This document shows, one piece after another, positions 38,369 to 48,459 of a stretch of 64,000 nt of DNA; positions within the stretch are counted from its first letter, which is position 1, and every line of letters begins with the position of its first letter. This stretch comes from a virus (Duplodnaviria; Caudoviricetes). The translations under genes and the position numbers were made by a program. The stretch lies in the IMG/VR virus record IMGVR_UViG_3300028603_000001, positions 32,001 to 96,000 of that record; one strand, 5' to 3'. The notes under the pieces were generated by a model that was given only the letters and a program-made list of their open reading frames with translations, was not told the DNA's origin and searched no databases.

Positions 38369-39412
38369 ATGAAATATTTAATTTATGGAGACGTGCATTT
38401 TTGTGAATATTCATCTATAATTAGAAGTGAAGGAAAAAAATATTCCACCAGATTAGAAAATTTGATTAAATCAGTAAGTTGGGCAGAAAATTTAGCTCTT
38501 GAATATGATTGTGATGAAATAATCTGCTTAGGTGATTTTTTTAATGCTCCTGATTTAAACAGTCGAGAAATAACCGCTTTGCAAGAAATAGTTTGGGCAC
38601 CTATCCCGCATACATTCCTAGTAGGCAACCACGACGCCTCAAATAAATCATTAAAATATAATAGCATAATGGCACTTAAAAATAATGGTTTTAAAATTAT
38701 ATCCGAACCAGCGCTAACGACCATATCAGATATAAACGGGTTAAAACAATTGCTATTTTTACCATATATAACAGAAAATACAGATATTAGCTTGAAAGAT
38801 TATCCAGTGAATAATAAGTATCCATGTATTGTTTTATCTCATAATGATATAAAAGGAATTCAATATGGAATTGTAGAATCTAAACATGGATTTGATGTAA
38901 ACGAGATTGATGAATCAGGCTATTTATTTTTAAACGGACACATTCATAATAGTTCACAGTTTGGTAAAAAGGCTTTTAATTTAGGAGTTTTAACAGGTCA
39001 GAATTTTAAAGAAGATGCTTTTAGATATACACACCAACTTGCTATTTTAGATACAGTTGATAATACATTAGATTTCATTGAAAATCCTTACGCATTTAAC
39101 TTTTACAATATAGCTGTTAACACGGTATCAGATTTAATTCAACTAAGAGAGATCAAAGATAACGCAGTTTTATCAATAAAATGCAATGAGGACTTAAAAG
39201 ATATGCTAATGAAATATTTGTCAGAAACAGATAGCAAAATCGTAGCAAAAAGAGTTATGATTACGAGAAATATAAAAGGCGTATCAAACAACAACCTAGA
39301 AGATCTACAAAATTACGCCACAAATTATTTGGTGGAGTTTAGCTTGTTCTGCAAAAACATTATTGGTACTAGTGAAATATTAGATTATGAATTATCGGAG
39401 GTGTGTAAATAA
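38369..39412 (+). CDS. Mre11/SbcD-like nuclease (gp47-like)
   Basis: GDVH, LGDFF, VGNHD, SH, NGHIH; coupled to the Rad50-like gene. Confidence 0.9.
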   Translation: MKYLIYGDVHFCEYSSIIRSEGKKYSTRLENLIKSVSWAENLALEYDCDEIICLGDFFNAPDLNSREITALQEIVWAPIPHTFLVGNHDASNKSLKYNSIMALKNNGFKIISEPALTTISDINGLKQLLFLPYITENTDISLKDYPVNNKYPCIVLSHNDIKGIQYGIVESKHGFDVNEIDESGYLFLNGHIHNSSQFGKKAFNLGVLTGQNFKEDAFRYTHQLAILDTVDNTLDFIENPYAFNFYNIAVNTVSDLIQLREIKDNAVLSIKCNEDLKDMLMKYLSETDSKIVAKRVMITRNIKGVSNNNLEDLQNYATNYLVEFSLFCKNIIGTSEILDYELSEVCK

Positions 39413-41286
39413 TGTTTATAAAATTTCAAAAAGTCGTTATGCATAATTTTCTTTCTTATGGACATTCAGAGATTGATTTAACCGATAAACGTTATTGTTT
39501 AGTTAGCGGAATAAATAATGATAAAAAAGATAATGCATCTTCTAATGGAGCAGGGAAATCAAGCTGGGGATCTGCAATTTGCTGGGCACTAACAGGTGAA
39601 ACAATTCAGGGAATAAGCTCTGGAATAAAAAATATTCATGTACAAGAAGATTTATGTTATGTTGAGCTCCATTTCTCTGTGGATAATAATGAGTATAAGA
39701 TAACAAGGTATAAAAATCCAAAATCAAACTTAAAAATTATTGTCAATGATCAAGATGTTTCTGGAAAAGGTATAAGAGAATCTGAAGAAATACTTAATAA
39801 CTATATACCTGATTTAACTAGTCAATTACTAGGTTCGATAATTATTTTAGGTCAAGGGCTTCCTCATAAATTTTCAAATAATACACCTAGTGGTAGAAAA
39901 GGTGTTTTAGAGAAATTATCTAAATCTGACTTCATGATTGAGGATTTAAAAGAGAGGATAAGTGAAAGATCTACCATATTGAATAAAAATCTAAGAGATG
40001 TTGAAGATAAAATACTAACAACACAATCAAATAAAACTCTCTTAGAAAAGCAAATCATAGAGCAAGAAGATATAATAAAAAAATTAAGTGAGCCTCGAGA
40101 CTTTGATTTAGAAATTTTAAATGTATCGAATAAAATAGAAGATATAATGAACAAACAAAAAAATTTTAAAACTAAATTAGCTGAATTTGAAGCAGATAAT
40201 AACACAAAAAATAATTTATTAGCTGAAAAAAATAAAGAGCGTTTACATGCATTATCTTTAGAAAATGCGGAATTTGATAGATTAAAATCAACATATTTTG
40301 AAAAAAGATCTAATCTAATGTCATCTATCTCATCTTTAACCTTGAAAATATCTGATTTAAAATCAATAAAAGATACCTGCCCAACATGTGGTCAAAACAT
40401 TCCAAATGTTGTTAAACCAACAACTGATAAAGAAGAGCAAGAATTAAAGGAAATTACAGGTGAATTAGAAAAACTCAATAACACATATACTTCTTTTGAA
40501 AAAACACATCAAGCTGAACTACAACGTCTAGATCAGCTGTTTAATGTAGAAACTGCAGAAATTTTATCTGATTTAAAAAATATAAAACAACAGATGGATT
40601 TAATAAAAGCTCAAGATGATCAATATTATAAGCAATTAGTTAATTTTAACACAGAAGTTAATAAAATTAAATTAGAAAAAGAACAATTTATAAACAACAT
40701 GAAAAACGCAGAAAAAATATTGTATAATTTAAAATCCACAGTTGAAAAATTAGAGTCAGAAATATTGTATAATAATAGTGAAAAAGAAACCCTTTCTAAA
40801 CATATCTCAGTTGTAAATCAAATGTCAACTCTAATAAAGAGAGACTTTAGAGGTTATCTTTTAAGCAATGTAATTTCATATATTGAATCAAAAGTAAAAG
40901 AATATTCTCTCGAAATCTTCGGCACAGATTCCTTAACAGTAACGTTAGAAGGAAATAATATAAATATAAGCTACTGCAATAAGCCATTTGAGAATTTAAG
41001 CGGTGGAGAGCGTCAGCGTGTTGATTTAATTCTTCAGTTCGCAATTAGAGATATGATGAGACAATATTTAAATTTCTCTTCAAATATTCTTTTATTAGAT
41101 GAGATTTTTGATTCATTAGATGTAATAGCTGTTGACGCTGTATTAAGATGTATTTGTAATAAATTAGCAGATGTTGAAAGTTTATTTATTATTTCACATC
41201 ACGCTAGAGAATTAGAAATACCATATGATTCAGAGTTGATTATTACAAAAGATGAAAATGGCATAAGCAATATTAATTGGAGATGA
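39412..41286 (+). CDS. Rad50/SbcC-like ATPase (gp46-like)
   Basis: NGAGKS, CPTC zinc hook, LSGGE, LLDE, IISH. Confidence 0.95.
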   Translation: MFIKFQKVVMHNFLSYGHSEIDLTDKRYCLVSGINNDKKDNASSNGAGKSSWGSAICWALTGETIQGISSGIKNIHVQEDLCYVELHFSVDNNEYKITRYKNPKSNLKIIVNDQDVSGKGIRESEEILNNYIPDLTSQLLGSIIILGQGLPHKFSNNTPSGRKGVLEKLSKSDFMIEDLKERISERSTILNKNLRDVEDKILTTQSNKTLLEKQIIEQEDIIKKLSEPRDFDLEILNVSNKIEDIMNKQKNFKTKLAEFEADNNTKNNLLAEKNKERLHALSLENAEFDRLKSTYFEKRSNLMSSISSLTLKISDLKSIKDTCPTCGQNIPNVVKPTTDKEEQELKEITGELEKLNNTYTSFEKTHQAELQRLDQLFNVETAEILSDLKNIKQQMDLIKAQDDQYYKQLVNFNTEVNKIKLEKEQFINNMKNAEKILYNLKSTVEKLESEILYNNSEKETLSKHISVVNQMSTLIKRDFRGYLLSNVISYIESKVKEYSLEIFGTDSLTVTLEGNNINISYCNKPFENLSGGERQRVDLILQFAIRDMMRQYLNFSSNILLLDEIFDSLDVIAVDAVLRCICNKLADVESLFIISHHARELEIPYDSELIITKDENGISNINWR

Positions 41287-41301
41287 TAAGGAGAAGAACA
41301 T

Positions 41302-42189
41302 ATGGGGGTAATGTATAATAAGCCCGCACACTTAAAATATACTGACTTAGCTATATATATTGACGCAAACTCAAGAAAAATTCTCAATGAAGGTGAATAT
41401 CCTGAGGTGGAAGTAACTATTTATGAGTACTTATACCACATTTTATATGCTTTAGCATTTAAATCTGCGTATTTCAGACATTTTCATGATTATGATTCAT
41501 TTGCCTGTTATGCTGCTGGTGAGATATATATGGCAATGCGAAATAAGCTAATAAATGAAGGGAAAGAGGTTAGGGGTAAGAAAATTGTTCCTATTAAATC
41601 ATCATTAAACTTTATAAAAGCAACAATATTTCCACTAAAAATAAATTACCAAAATGAAAATTTCTCAACTGTTGTTGACCCTGCGCTGCACCCAAATACT
41701 CCAGCATTACAGGTAGATTTTACAGAATCTGTCCAGCAACAGTATCGACCACCGCTTTTAGAAGCGTATAAAGAAACAGCTAACTTGATACCTGATATTG
41801 TTAAAAAAGTTATTAATAATACACCATTTAGAAATGATAAGTTATTTTGTAAAAAGCTTTATATATCAATAACTTTAACATTATTAAATGATATAACTAT
41901 TCCTAGAAAACTGCACAAAAGATTAATGAAAAAAGTTCAGAAATTATCAAAAATAAAAGGAACAAAACATTTAATTGACACATATGTGAACAACCTTGAA
42001 CCAGCTATTTTATGGCATATTGATGATAGTTTTCAAAATTATGTTCGATTGTTAACTACAAAGGTTAAAAAAATAATATCTAAAAAATTTAATTATGCTG
42101 TCCATAGTAATGATCTATCAGATGACTTAGTCGATTGTATAATGAGAAACGTATATGAAAATTATGAAGACAGAGGAGATTTCAATTAA
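41302..42189 (+). CDS. Hypothetical protein, candidate phage late sigma-like factor
   Basis: Helical basic protein next to gp47/gp46-like genes; only weak resemblance to sigma region 2. Confidence 0.35.
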   Translation: MGVMYNKPAHLKYTDLAIYIDANSRKILNEGEYPEVEVTIYEYLYHILYALAFKSAYFRHFHDYDSFACYAAGEIYMAMRNKLINEGKEVRGKKIVPIKSSLNFIKATIFPLKINYQNENFSTVVDPALHPNTPALQVDFTESVQQQYRPPLLEAYKETANLIPDIVKKVINNTPFRNDKLFCKKLYISITLTLLNDITIPRKLHKRLMKKVQKLSKIKGTKHLIDTYVNNLEPAILWHIDDSFQNYVRLLTTKVKKIISKKFNYAVHSNDLSDDLVDCIMRNVYENYEDRGDFN

Positions 42190-42581
42190 TGGCAAGAAAA
42201 AGAATAACCAAAGTAACAGAAGCGTTAAATGCATTAAATAAAGAAGATATTTATTCCTTAATGTTATTTACTTTATATAAAATGAAAGATATTCCAGATT
42301 ATTTAACATTAACTGAATTATGTTATCTTTTAGACCAAGATAATTTAAATAGATTTTTAAATTACTATGGTGGAATGACGATAACTATCCCAAAACCACA
42401 TGAGCTTAAATTAGTTCTACAAGCATTAAGTCTATACCAATATGTTAATATGGAAGACGGAGATTTAGAAGCTGGTCTTAAATCAATTGTTGAACACTCC
42501 TATGATATAGAAGAAGTTAAACAAATATACACAAAATTAATAGAGGTTTTAGCTGATTATGAATTTTCTATACAACTCTAA
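42189..42581 (+). CDS. Mor/C-like transcription activator (putative)
   Basis: FLNYYGGMTITIP resembles the Mor family GG..IYIP motif. Confidence 0.5.
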   Translation: MARKRITKVTEALNALNKEDIYSLMLFTLYKMKDIPDYLTLTELCYLLDQDNLNRFLNYYGGMTITIPKPHELKLVLQALSLYQYVNMEDGDLEAGLKSIVEHSYDIEEVKQIYTKLIEVLADYEFSIQL

Positions 42582-42837
42582 ATTAGATGAAAACATTAAA
42601 ACTATACAAAACGAGCTAGGTGAATATTCAAATTTAGATCGCACAGAGATATTCAATCAGGCTATTAATAAGTTATTGATGCATACTTTGAAAAAATATA
42701 ATAACAAGATTGATGATTTATCTGGTTATTTGTTAAACCAAGAAGGGATGCGAGTACTAAAAGCTATAACAAAAATACAGAAACATGCTGATAAAAAAGT
42801 TATATATGAAAATATGAAAGGAAACACAGATGGCTAA
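42559..42837 (+). CDS. Hypothetical protein
   Basis: 92-aa ORF in an overlapping operon. Confidence 0.6.
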   Translation: MNFLYNSKLDENIKTIQNELGEYSNLDRTEIFNQAINKLLMHTLKKYNNKIDDLSGYLLNQEGMRVLKAITKIQKHADKKVIYENMKGNTDG

Positions 42838-43165
42838 TATAATAAGTGATGTATCTATTTTGACAACAATCCCAGAGAAAACTATAGCTAAATTTTTTAG
42901 GAAAATGATTTTTTGTATCTGTGAAGCTGTTGCTGAAAATATGTTGAATGAAAATTCTAATAGCAATATTACAGAGCTAGATATTGGAATAGGAAAATTG
43001 TATATTAAACATGTTGGAACAGATATAAAATACCGTTTCGAACCAAGTGAATTATTAGAAAAATCTATTTTAGCCACAGTGGTTAATAAGAAGAACCACC
43101 TTGAAGAGTTTCTAGATGCAACATTGGTAAAAAAATTCACTGAAGTATATAAGGATTTATGTTAA
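42830..43165 (+). CDS. Hypothetical protein
   Basis: 111-aa ORF, RBS GAAAGGA. Confidence 0.65.
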   Translation: MANIISDVSILTTIPEKTIAKFFRKMIFCICEAVAENMLNENSNSNITELDIGIGKLYIKHVGTDIKYRFEPSELLEKSILATVVNKKNHLEEFLDATLVKKFTEVYKDLC

Positions 43166-43806
43166 TGGAAACAAATGTTAAAGAAAATGAAACGCAAATT
43201 CTAGAAGATGAATCAGAAAAAGATGAAGAAGCAGAATTAGATGAAGCTATTGATTTTTCTTTATCTACTTTGCCTTTAGAGAATACAGAACAAAAGCTGA
43301 TGGCTAAGATAATTGAAGCACCAACAAGGGCAGAGTTACAAGCGCAGCTTGAATTATTCAATATTAATCAAAGCAAAAAAAACGCTTTAAGAATTGTTAA
43401 ATTAAGTCACCTTTTAGAAAAAGTTGAAGATCAGGCAATAGAGAGATTTGAAAGAAGACCAGATCAAGTATCTAACAAAGAATTATTAGAATATATGAAT
43501 GTGGTATCAAATCAAATTGAAAGAGCTCAAAAATCAGTAGACTCACTAAAGGATGCTCCAGCGATAAATATTACTAATCAAACTAATGAACTTAATATTA
43601 ATGTTGGACCTAAGCTTGATAGGGATAGTAAAGAAAAAGTTATGGACGTTATATCAGCATTACTAAAACAGGTTCAACAAAAAGATGTAGAAACTGTTGA
43701 GGTTGAAATTATTGAAGAAACAAAACAAAATGATGAAATCACGGATGTTGAGGGTGTTCAAGCCCAAGAAGCAATATTCGATGAATTGATTGACGAGGAG
43801 AATTAA
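43165..43806 (+). CDS. Hypothetical coiled-coil protein, possibly small terminase-like
   Basis: Two helices then the beta-prone INITNQTNELNINVG; acidic ends; weak call. Confidence 0.4.
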   Translation: METNVKENETQILEDESEKDEEAELDEAIDFSLSTLPLENTEQKLMAKIIEAPTRAELQAQLELFNINQSKKNALRIVKLSHLLEKVEDQAIERFERRPDQVSNKELLEYMNVVSNQIERAQKSVDSLKDAPAINITNQTNELNINVGPKLDRDSKEKVMDVISALLKQVQQKDVETVEVEIIEETKQNDEITDVEGVQAQEAIFDELIDEEN

Positions 43807-43812
43807 TTAAGA

Positions 43813-45039
43813 ATGATAACAAAACATGAATTTGATGCATTTATTAAATCATTAAATAAGAAAGCTGGAGAATACACTTTAGAAGAATTATTTGACATTG
43901 GTTTAATGCATAAACAATTACCCACTGAAGATAAAAGCTGGAAAAAATTGACAGCTCGAGTAGGCTATCCTGGGCAGCCTGGTAGCTATAGAAACTTTGT
44001 TTTCCGTAGACAAAAAAGCCAGGAAATAGTTGATATCATCGCTAAAGAAGAGATTAAAAACAACCAAAAAGAAAATAATCAACCAACAAATAATGATCAA
44101 TATGAGGAACTATATCGAAAACGTGTAGAAATAAGTGATATCTACAACACTTATAGAGCCGGGTTAAGAAATGAATCAAGGTTAAATACATTCAAAGAAT
44201 TATTAGTTAAAAATATTCAAGAATTAAAAGATCTACCTGTTGTAAAATATGATGGAAAGTTTAGTGATGATGCCGAAGCAATTCTAATGTTAAGTGACCT
44301 GCATATCGGAGTTGATTGTGCTAATTTTTATAATACATATAACAGCGAGATAGCTAAAAAGAGATTGAGTAAACTTGCAAAAGATACTATTTCTTATTGT
44401 AAAAAATTTAATATTAAACAATTAAATGTATTAGGACTAGGTGATTTTATTCACGGTATCATCCATATAAACGCAAGAATTAATGCGCAAATGAATGTGG
44501 TTAAGCAAATTATTATAGCTTCTGAATACATAGCTGACCTGTTAAATGATCTGCAAGAAGCTGCACCTATAGTCACATATAGAAGCTGTACTGATAATCA
44601 TAGTAGAGTCTCACCTAATAAAGAAGAATCTGTTGAAAATGAAAATCTAAATAAGCTAATTGATTACTACTTAGGCATTAGATTATCTAGTTCAAAAGTT
44701 AATTTTATCAGTGATAATTTAGATGATACATTAGGAAGTTTCCGCCTAAAGAATGGAAAACATGTGGTTTACGCACATGGGCATTTAGACAACATAAACA
44801 GAACATTTGAGAACTTTGTTGGAGCAACAAGACAATTTGTTGATTATATGATATTAGGTCATTATCATTGTGAGAAAGCTAAATCATTTCAAGGTGCTCG
44901 AGTGTTTGTAAATGGGTCTATCTGTGGGACAGAGGAGTATGCTTTAAGCAAACGATTATTTAGCGAACCATCGCAAACATTGTTGATTTTTAATAATGAT
45001 AATTTATTAAATATTAGTATTAATTTGAATAATGTGTAA
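43813..45039 (+). CDS. Calcineurin-like metallophosphoesterase
   Basis: SDLHIG, LGDFIHG, DNH, AHGH, GHYH. Confidence 0.85.
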   Translation: MITKHEFDAFIKSLNKKAGEYTLEELFDIGLMHKQLPTEDKSWKKLTARVGYPGQPGSYRNFVFRRQKSQEIVDIIAKEEIKNNQKENNQPTNNDQYEELYRKRVEISDIYNTYRAGLRNESRLNTFKELLVKNIQELKDLPVVKYDGKFSDDAEAILMLSDLHIGVDCANFYNTYNSEIAKKRLSKLAKDTISYCKKFNIKQLNVLGLGDFIHGIIHINARINAQMNVVKQIIIASEYIADLLNDLQEAAPIVTYRSCTDNHSRVSPNKEESVENENLNKLIDYYLGIRLSSSKVNFISDNLDDTLGSFRLKNGKHVVYAHGHLDNINRTFENFVGATRQFVDYMILGHYHCEKAKSFQGARVFVNGSICGTEEYALSKRLFSEPSQTLLIFNNDNLLNISINLNNV

Positions 45040-45046
45040 AAATAAC

Positions 45047-45076
45047 AATCTCGCTAGCAAGGCGAGATTTTATTTT
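45047..45076 (+). terminator. Intrinsic terminator
   Basis: AATCTCGC/GCGAGATT stem plus T-run. Confidence 0.7.
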
Positions 45077-45085
45077 ATTGTATTA

Positions 45086-45095
45086 ATTGTATAAT
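45086..45095 (+). promoter_or_regulatory. Putative early/middle promoter ATTGTATAAT
   Basis: Upstream of ATG 45133; second partial copy at 45077. Confidence 0.55.
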
Positions 45096-45132
45096 ATTAT
45101 ATAGAAAAAGATACTTTAAAGAAGGAGTTCAT

Positions 45133-45489
45133 ATGGCAAAATCACATTTAATAAAATATTTTTTAGAGGTAGAATACCAATACTTAGAGATGTTAGATAT
45201 TTTAAAAGAGTTGAAAGAATTAGTAAAAGAAGGTAGAATTTCACCCGAAGCTTACGCTGAAGAAGAGGTTAATGTTAGCAGATTAAAAGAAAACTATGAA
45301 AGATTAGCTTTTGTTATGTTCTTATTAAAACAACCTCAACGAAAAGGTAAAAAAATAAGTAAAGATGATTTAAGATGGTATGAAGAGCTAAAAAATCATT
45401 CCAAAGAAGCTATTATTGATGAAAATAATGATGTTTTATGTACAATCAAACAGTTGATAAAAGAAGGAAAATTAAAAAATGAAGAATGA
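45133..45489 (+). CDS. Hypothetical protein
   Basis: 118-aa ORF, RBS AAGGAG. Confidence 0.7.
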   Translation: MAKSHLIKYFLEVEYQYLEMLDILKELKELVKEGRISPEAYAEEEVNVSRLKENYERLAFVMFLLKQPQRKGKKISKDDLRWYEELKNHSKEAIIDENNDVLCTIKQLIKEGKLKNEE

Positions 45490-46207
45490 AATCATTAAAA
45501 TAGTTACAGATTTAGATAGATTCAATGAAAGAATTGATGAGATAACTGGAGAAGTTTCCTACGCAACTATTAAACATTGCGTATCAAGGTTAAAGCAAGC
45601 ATTATACGATAACCCAAAAATATCTGCTTTATGTGCACCGCAGATAGGTGAAAATTTAAGATTATTTGTTGTAAGAACAGCGAGAACAGAAGATAGACGC
45701 TTTAAAGTATTCTTAAATCCTATGGTTGTAAAACCAGAAGGCATGCATTTGAGCAGGGAGATTAATGCAAGCATTCCAAATAAAGAGTTTATTATTCCTA
45801 GAAGAAATAGTGTTCATGTGGCTTTTCAACATGAAGATGGGCACGTTGATTCTGAAACATATGTTGGTGCTTATGCAGAAATTGTGCAACAGATGATTGA
45901 GATGTTAGATGGAATCACTTTATTTGATTATGGGTTAGATCTCGATGATGTTGGTGGCCCTGATGCCTTTGATAAATCTTCAGATAAACAAAAAACAGAG
46001 CTGTTAGCTTTGTATTTAGAACAATTAAAAAATATGTCTTCATCACTTAAAGAAGAGATAGAAAATTCTCCAACATTAAATATTTTGAATAAAAATATCG
46101 ATTTCACTGCTGGTGTTCTAGCAGGGACAATAACACCAATTGTTGAAGATAACAAGGATTCAAAAACAAATACAGAATTTGAGCAGACTCAGGATAAGCA
46201 ATTATAA
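45479..46207 (+). CDS. Peptide deformylase homologue with degenerate active site
   Basis: ALCAPQIG...RLFVV...FLNP...EINASIP...R...AEIVQQMIEMLDG follows the PDF scaffold but lacks the Cys and HExxH ligands. Confidence 0.8.
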   Translation: MKNEIIKIVTDLDRFNERIDEITGEVSYATIKHCVSRLKQALYDNPKISALCAPQIGENLRLFVVRTARTEDRRFKVFLNPMVVKPEGMHLSREINASIPNKEFIIPRRNSVHVAFQHEDGHVDSETYVGAYAEIVQQMIEMLDGITLFDYGLDLDDVGGPDAFDKSSDKQKTELLALYLEQLKNMSSSLKEEIENSPTLNILNKNIDFTAGVLAGTITPIVEDNKDSKTNTEFEQTQDKQL

Positions 46208-46225
46208 AAAGACGAGGATAAAAAC

Positions 46226-46600
46226 ATGGAATTTGAATTTAATAACCAACTATCACCTCAAAATGTTATAGAAATTGAAAATATAGGCCATTTCGCATTA
46301 GAAGCAACAAGTTCATCTGGTTTTATGTATTACTATATTGTTAAAACAATTATGGGACAAACATTATTAGCAGAATGCGGACCTGTAAATTCTGATTTAA
46401 ACATTATACCTTCTGGTTTCAATATACGCATTACCAAACTTCCTTATAGTGAACATAGGATCTATAAGCAAGTAGATTTATTTTTAAACGACAAGTATAA
46501 AAAAATAGTAGAAGCTAGCGAAATAGATATTTATACCGCCATAGATCAGTTTGTAGATGTACGTGAATACCTAGAAAATTTAGATGAGGATACCTTTTAA
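46226..46600 (+). CDS. Hypothetical protein
   Basis: 124-aa ORF, RBS GAGGA. Confidence 0.7.
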   Translation: MEFEFNNQLSPQNVIEIENIGHFALEATSSSGFMYYYIVKTIMGQTLLAECGPVNSDLNIIPSGFNIRITKLPYSEHRIYKQVDLFLNDKYKKIVEASEIDIYTAIDQFVDVREYLENLDEDTF

Positions 46601-46601
46601 T

Positions 46602-46820
46602 ATGAAAACAACACAAACAATAAGAGATTTTTATGGGAGAATTATTGGTTATATTGAGACAGATGAGCGAACAGGAGATAAAGTAGCACGAGATTTCTAT
46701 CGCAGAATTGTGGGTTATTACAGTAAAAAAGATAATACAACAAGAGATTTTTATAGAAGAATATTGGGTAAAGGAGATATATTAGCAGCTTTAATTATGG
46801 CTGAAAATAATAAGAAGTAA
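46602..46820 (+). CDS. Small protein with three RDFYxRI(I/V/L)G repeats
   Basis: RDFYGRIIGY / RDFYRRIVGY / RDFYRRILG. Confidence 0.7.
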   Translation: MKTTQTIRDFYGRIIGYIETDERTGDKVARDFYRRIVGYYSKKDNTTRDFYRRILGKGDILAALIMAENNKK

Positions 46821-46823
46821 CAT

Positions 46824-47267
46824 ATGGGAATTTTTAATAGGAAAAAACAGATAACCGTCTACGCATTAATTCACACGCAAGTAAAAAATAAATTTTTAAC
46901 GATCAGTGATAACAAATATGATATTCATGAATATGCAATGGCTTTAATGCAGATTCAGCATCAAGCACATTTTGAAACATGGTGTCAAGTAAGAGCGTTA
47001 GATAAAGAAGATTTTGATAATTGGGTCACGTATTATTCATCTTGCATATCAGATGAGGAAAAAAGCAGCTTTCAGGCTATAAAGATTAAATATAACATAC
47101 GAGATGTTATAGCTATAATGCGAATGTTCGGGAATTGTTTTCCAATAGGTTGCTCCTTTGATACAGAAGCTGAATATGAATACTTCAACAGCATAATTAG
47201 CGAAAATTTCTCAGATATTTTCCAACAAGTTACTGAAAAGGATAAGAAAGCAGATGTCGATAAATAG
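46824..47267 (+). CDS. Hypothetical protein
   Basis: 147-aa ORF. Confidence 0.65.
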   Translation: MGIFNRKKQITVYALIHTQVKNKFLTISDNKYDIHEYAMALMQIQHQAHFETWCQVRALDKEDFDNWVTYYSSCISDEEKSSFQAIKIKYNIRDVIAIMRMFGNCFPIGCSFDTEAEYEYFNSIISENFSDIFQQVTEKDKKADVDK

Positions 47268-47727
47268 AGGAAAAAGTTTTGAAATTAAGTTTAAGAATGA
47301 TTTTAAAAAATCTTTCCCCAAGGGTACTATAGATAGATTATACGACTCAGTTTCTGGTTATATGGGTGTTAGCAACATATCAGACTTTATTGGTTATAAT
47401 TACCCTAATATATTCTATTTGGAATGTAAAACACATAAAGGTAATACTTTCCCCTGGTCAGCTCTCTCTCAATATGATAAATTGATTACCAAAGTGGGTA
47501 TAAAAGGAGTTAGAGTTGGAGTTATTTTATGGATGATTGACCATGATATCGTGGTATATCTTCCAATATCAACAGTAGCTAAAATGAAAGCGGATGGTAA
47601 GAAATCTTTTAATGTAAAAATGTTAAAGAGTGGTGAATATAGAATTATAGTTATCCCAAGTACTAAAAAGCGTGTATTTTTAGATTCTGATTATACCTGC
47701 TTGTTGGATTTAAATGAGGGGGAGTAA
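47254..47727 (+). CDS. RecU-like Holliday junction resolvase
   Basis: NRGKSFE, SDF, LECK, Q motifs. Confidence 0.75.
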   Translation: MSINRGKSFEIKFKNDFKKSFPKGTIDRLYDSVSGYMGVSNISDFIGYNYPNIFYLECKTHKGNTFPWSALSQYDKLITKVGIKGVRVGVILWMIDHDIVVYLPISTVAKMKADGKKSFNVKMLKSGEYRIIVIPSTKKRVFLDSDYTCLLDLNEGE

Positions 47728-47728
47728 A

Positions 47729-47935
47729 ATGACTTTATATCAATTTTTAAGATTTTTTCAGTCTGGTAAAGCAATAGTTATATTCGACATAGCAGGAGTT
47801 TGTATTTGCAGCGTTGATACAAAAGAAGATATTCCCTCTGACCTATATGGGTATGATTTGTTAAATATTGATTTAGGAATAATAAATAAATTTATGAGCC
47901 AAAGAGTTTGTCAATACATAACAATTCAAAAATAA
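47729..47935 (+). CDS. Hypothetical protein
   Basis: ATG 47729 with GGGGAG RBS. Confidence 0.6.
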   Translation: MTLYQFLRFFQSGKAIVIFDIAGVCICSVDTKEDIPSDLYGYDLLNIDLGIINKFMSQRVCQYITIQK

Positions 47936-47960
47936 TTAAAAAGAAAAGGAAAAATGAAAG

Positions 47961-48449
47961 ATGGCAAAACCAAAATTAAATAATGCTTTAGATAATGTTG
48001 AGGTAACCTATAATGATGTCATATCTATCGCTAACGATATGCTTTCACCTTTATTTGATGCAATAAATAATTTAGTAGGTGAGATTAATTCTAATATTAA
48101 TGCTCTTACTGTCGAGCAAATAAGAGATTATATGATGAGACTGCAACTAAGAGCTTATGAAATAAGTGAAACAAAAGATAAATCAGCTTTAAAAGCACAG
48201 CTTGCAGAAACTTTAAGGAAAGAAAAATACGCAATGAGGTTTAATGAAGCTCAAGGAACAGCTGGAACTAAAGATAATACTGCATTGTTAGCAGCTTCTG
48301 AAGAAATAGTTGTAGAAGCGTTGTATAATTTAGTAGCTAATTTATTGAGAACAAAATTAGACCAGCTTCATAGATTAATTGCAACACTTTCATCTATTCT
48401 TATATCTAGAATGCAAGAAGCAAAAATGTCGATGAATGGACTTGAATAG
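47961..48449 (+). CDS. UvsY-like recombination mediator (putative)
   Basis: All-helical 162 aa directly upstream of the recombinase. Confidence 0.5.
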   Translation: MAKPKLNNALDNVEVTYNDVISIANDMLSPLFDAINNLVGEINSNINALTVEQIRDYMMRLQLRAYEISETKDKSALKAQLAETLRKEKYAMRFNEAQGTAGTKDNTALLAASEEIVVEALYNLVANLLRTKLDQLHRLIATLSSILISRMQEAKMSMNGLE

Positions 48450-48459
48450 GGAGGTATTA

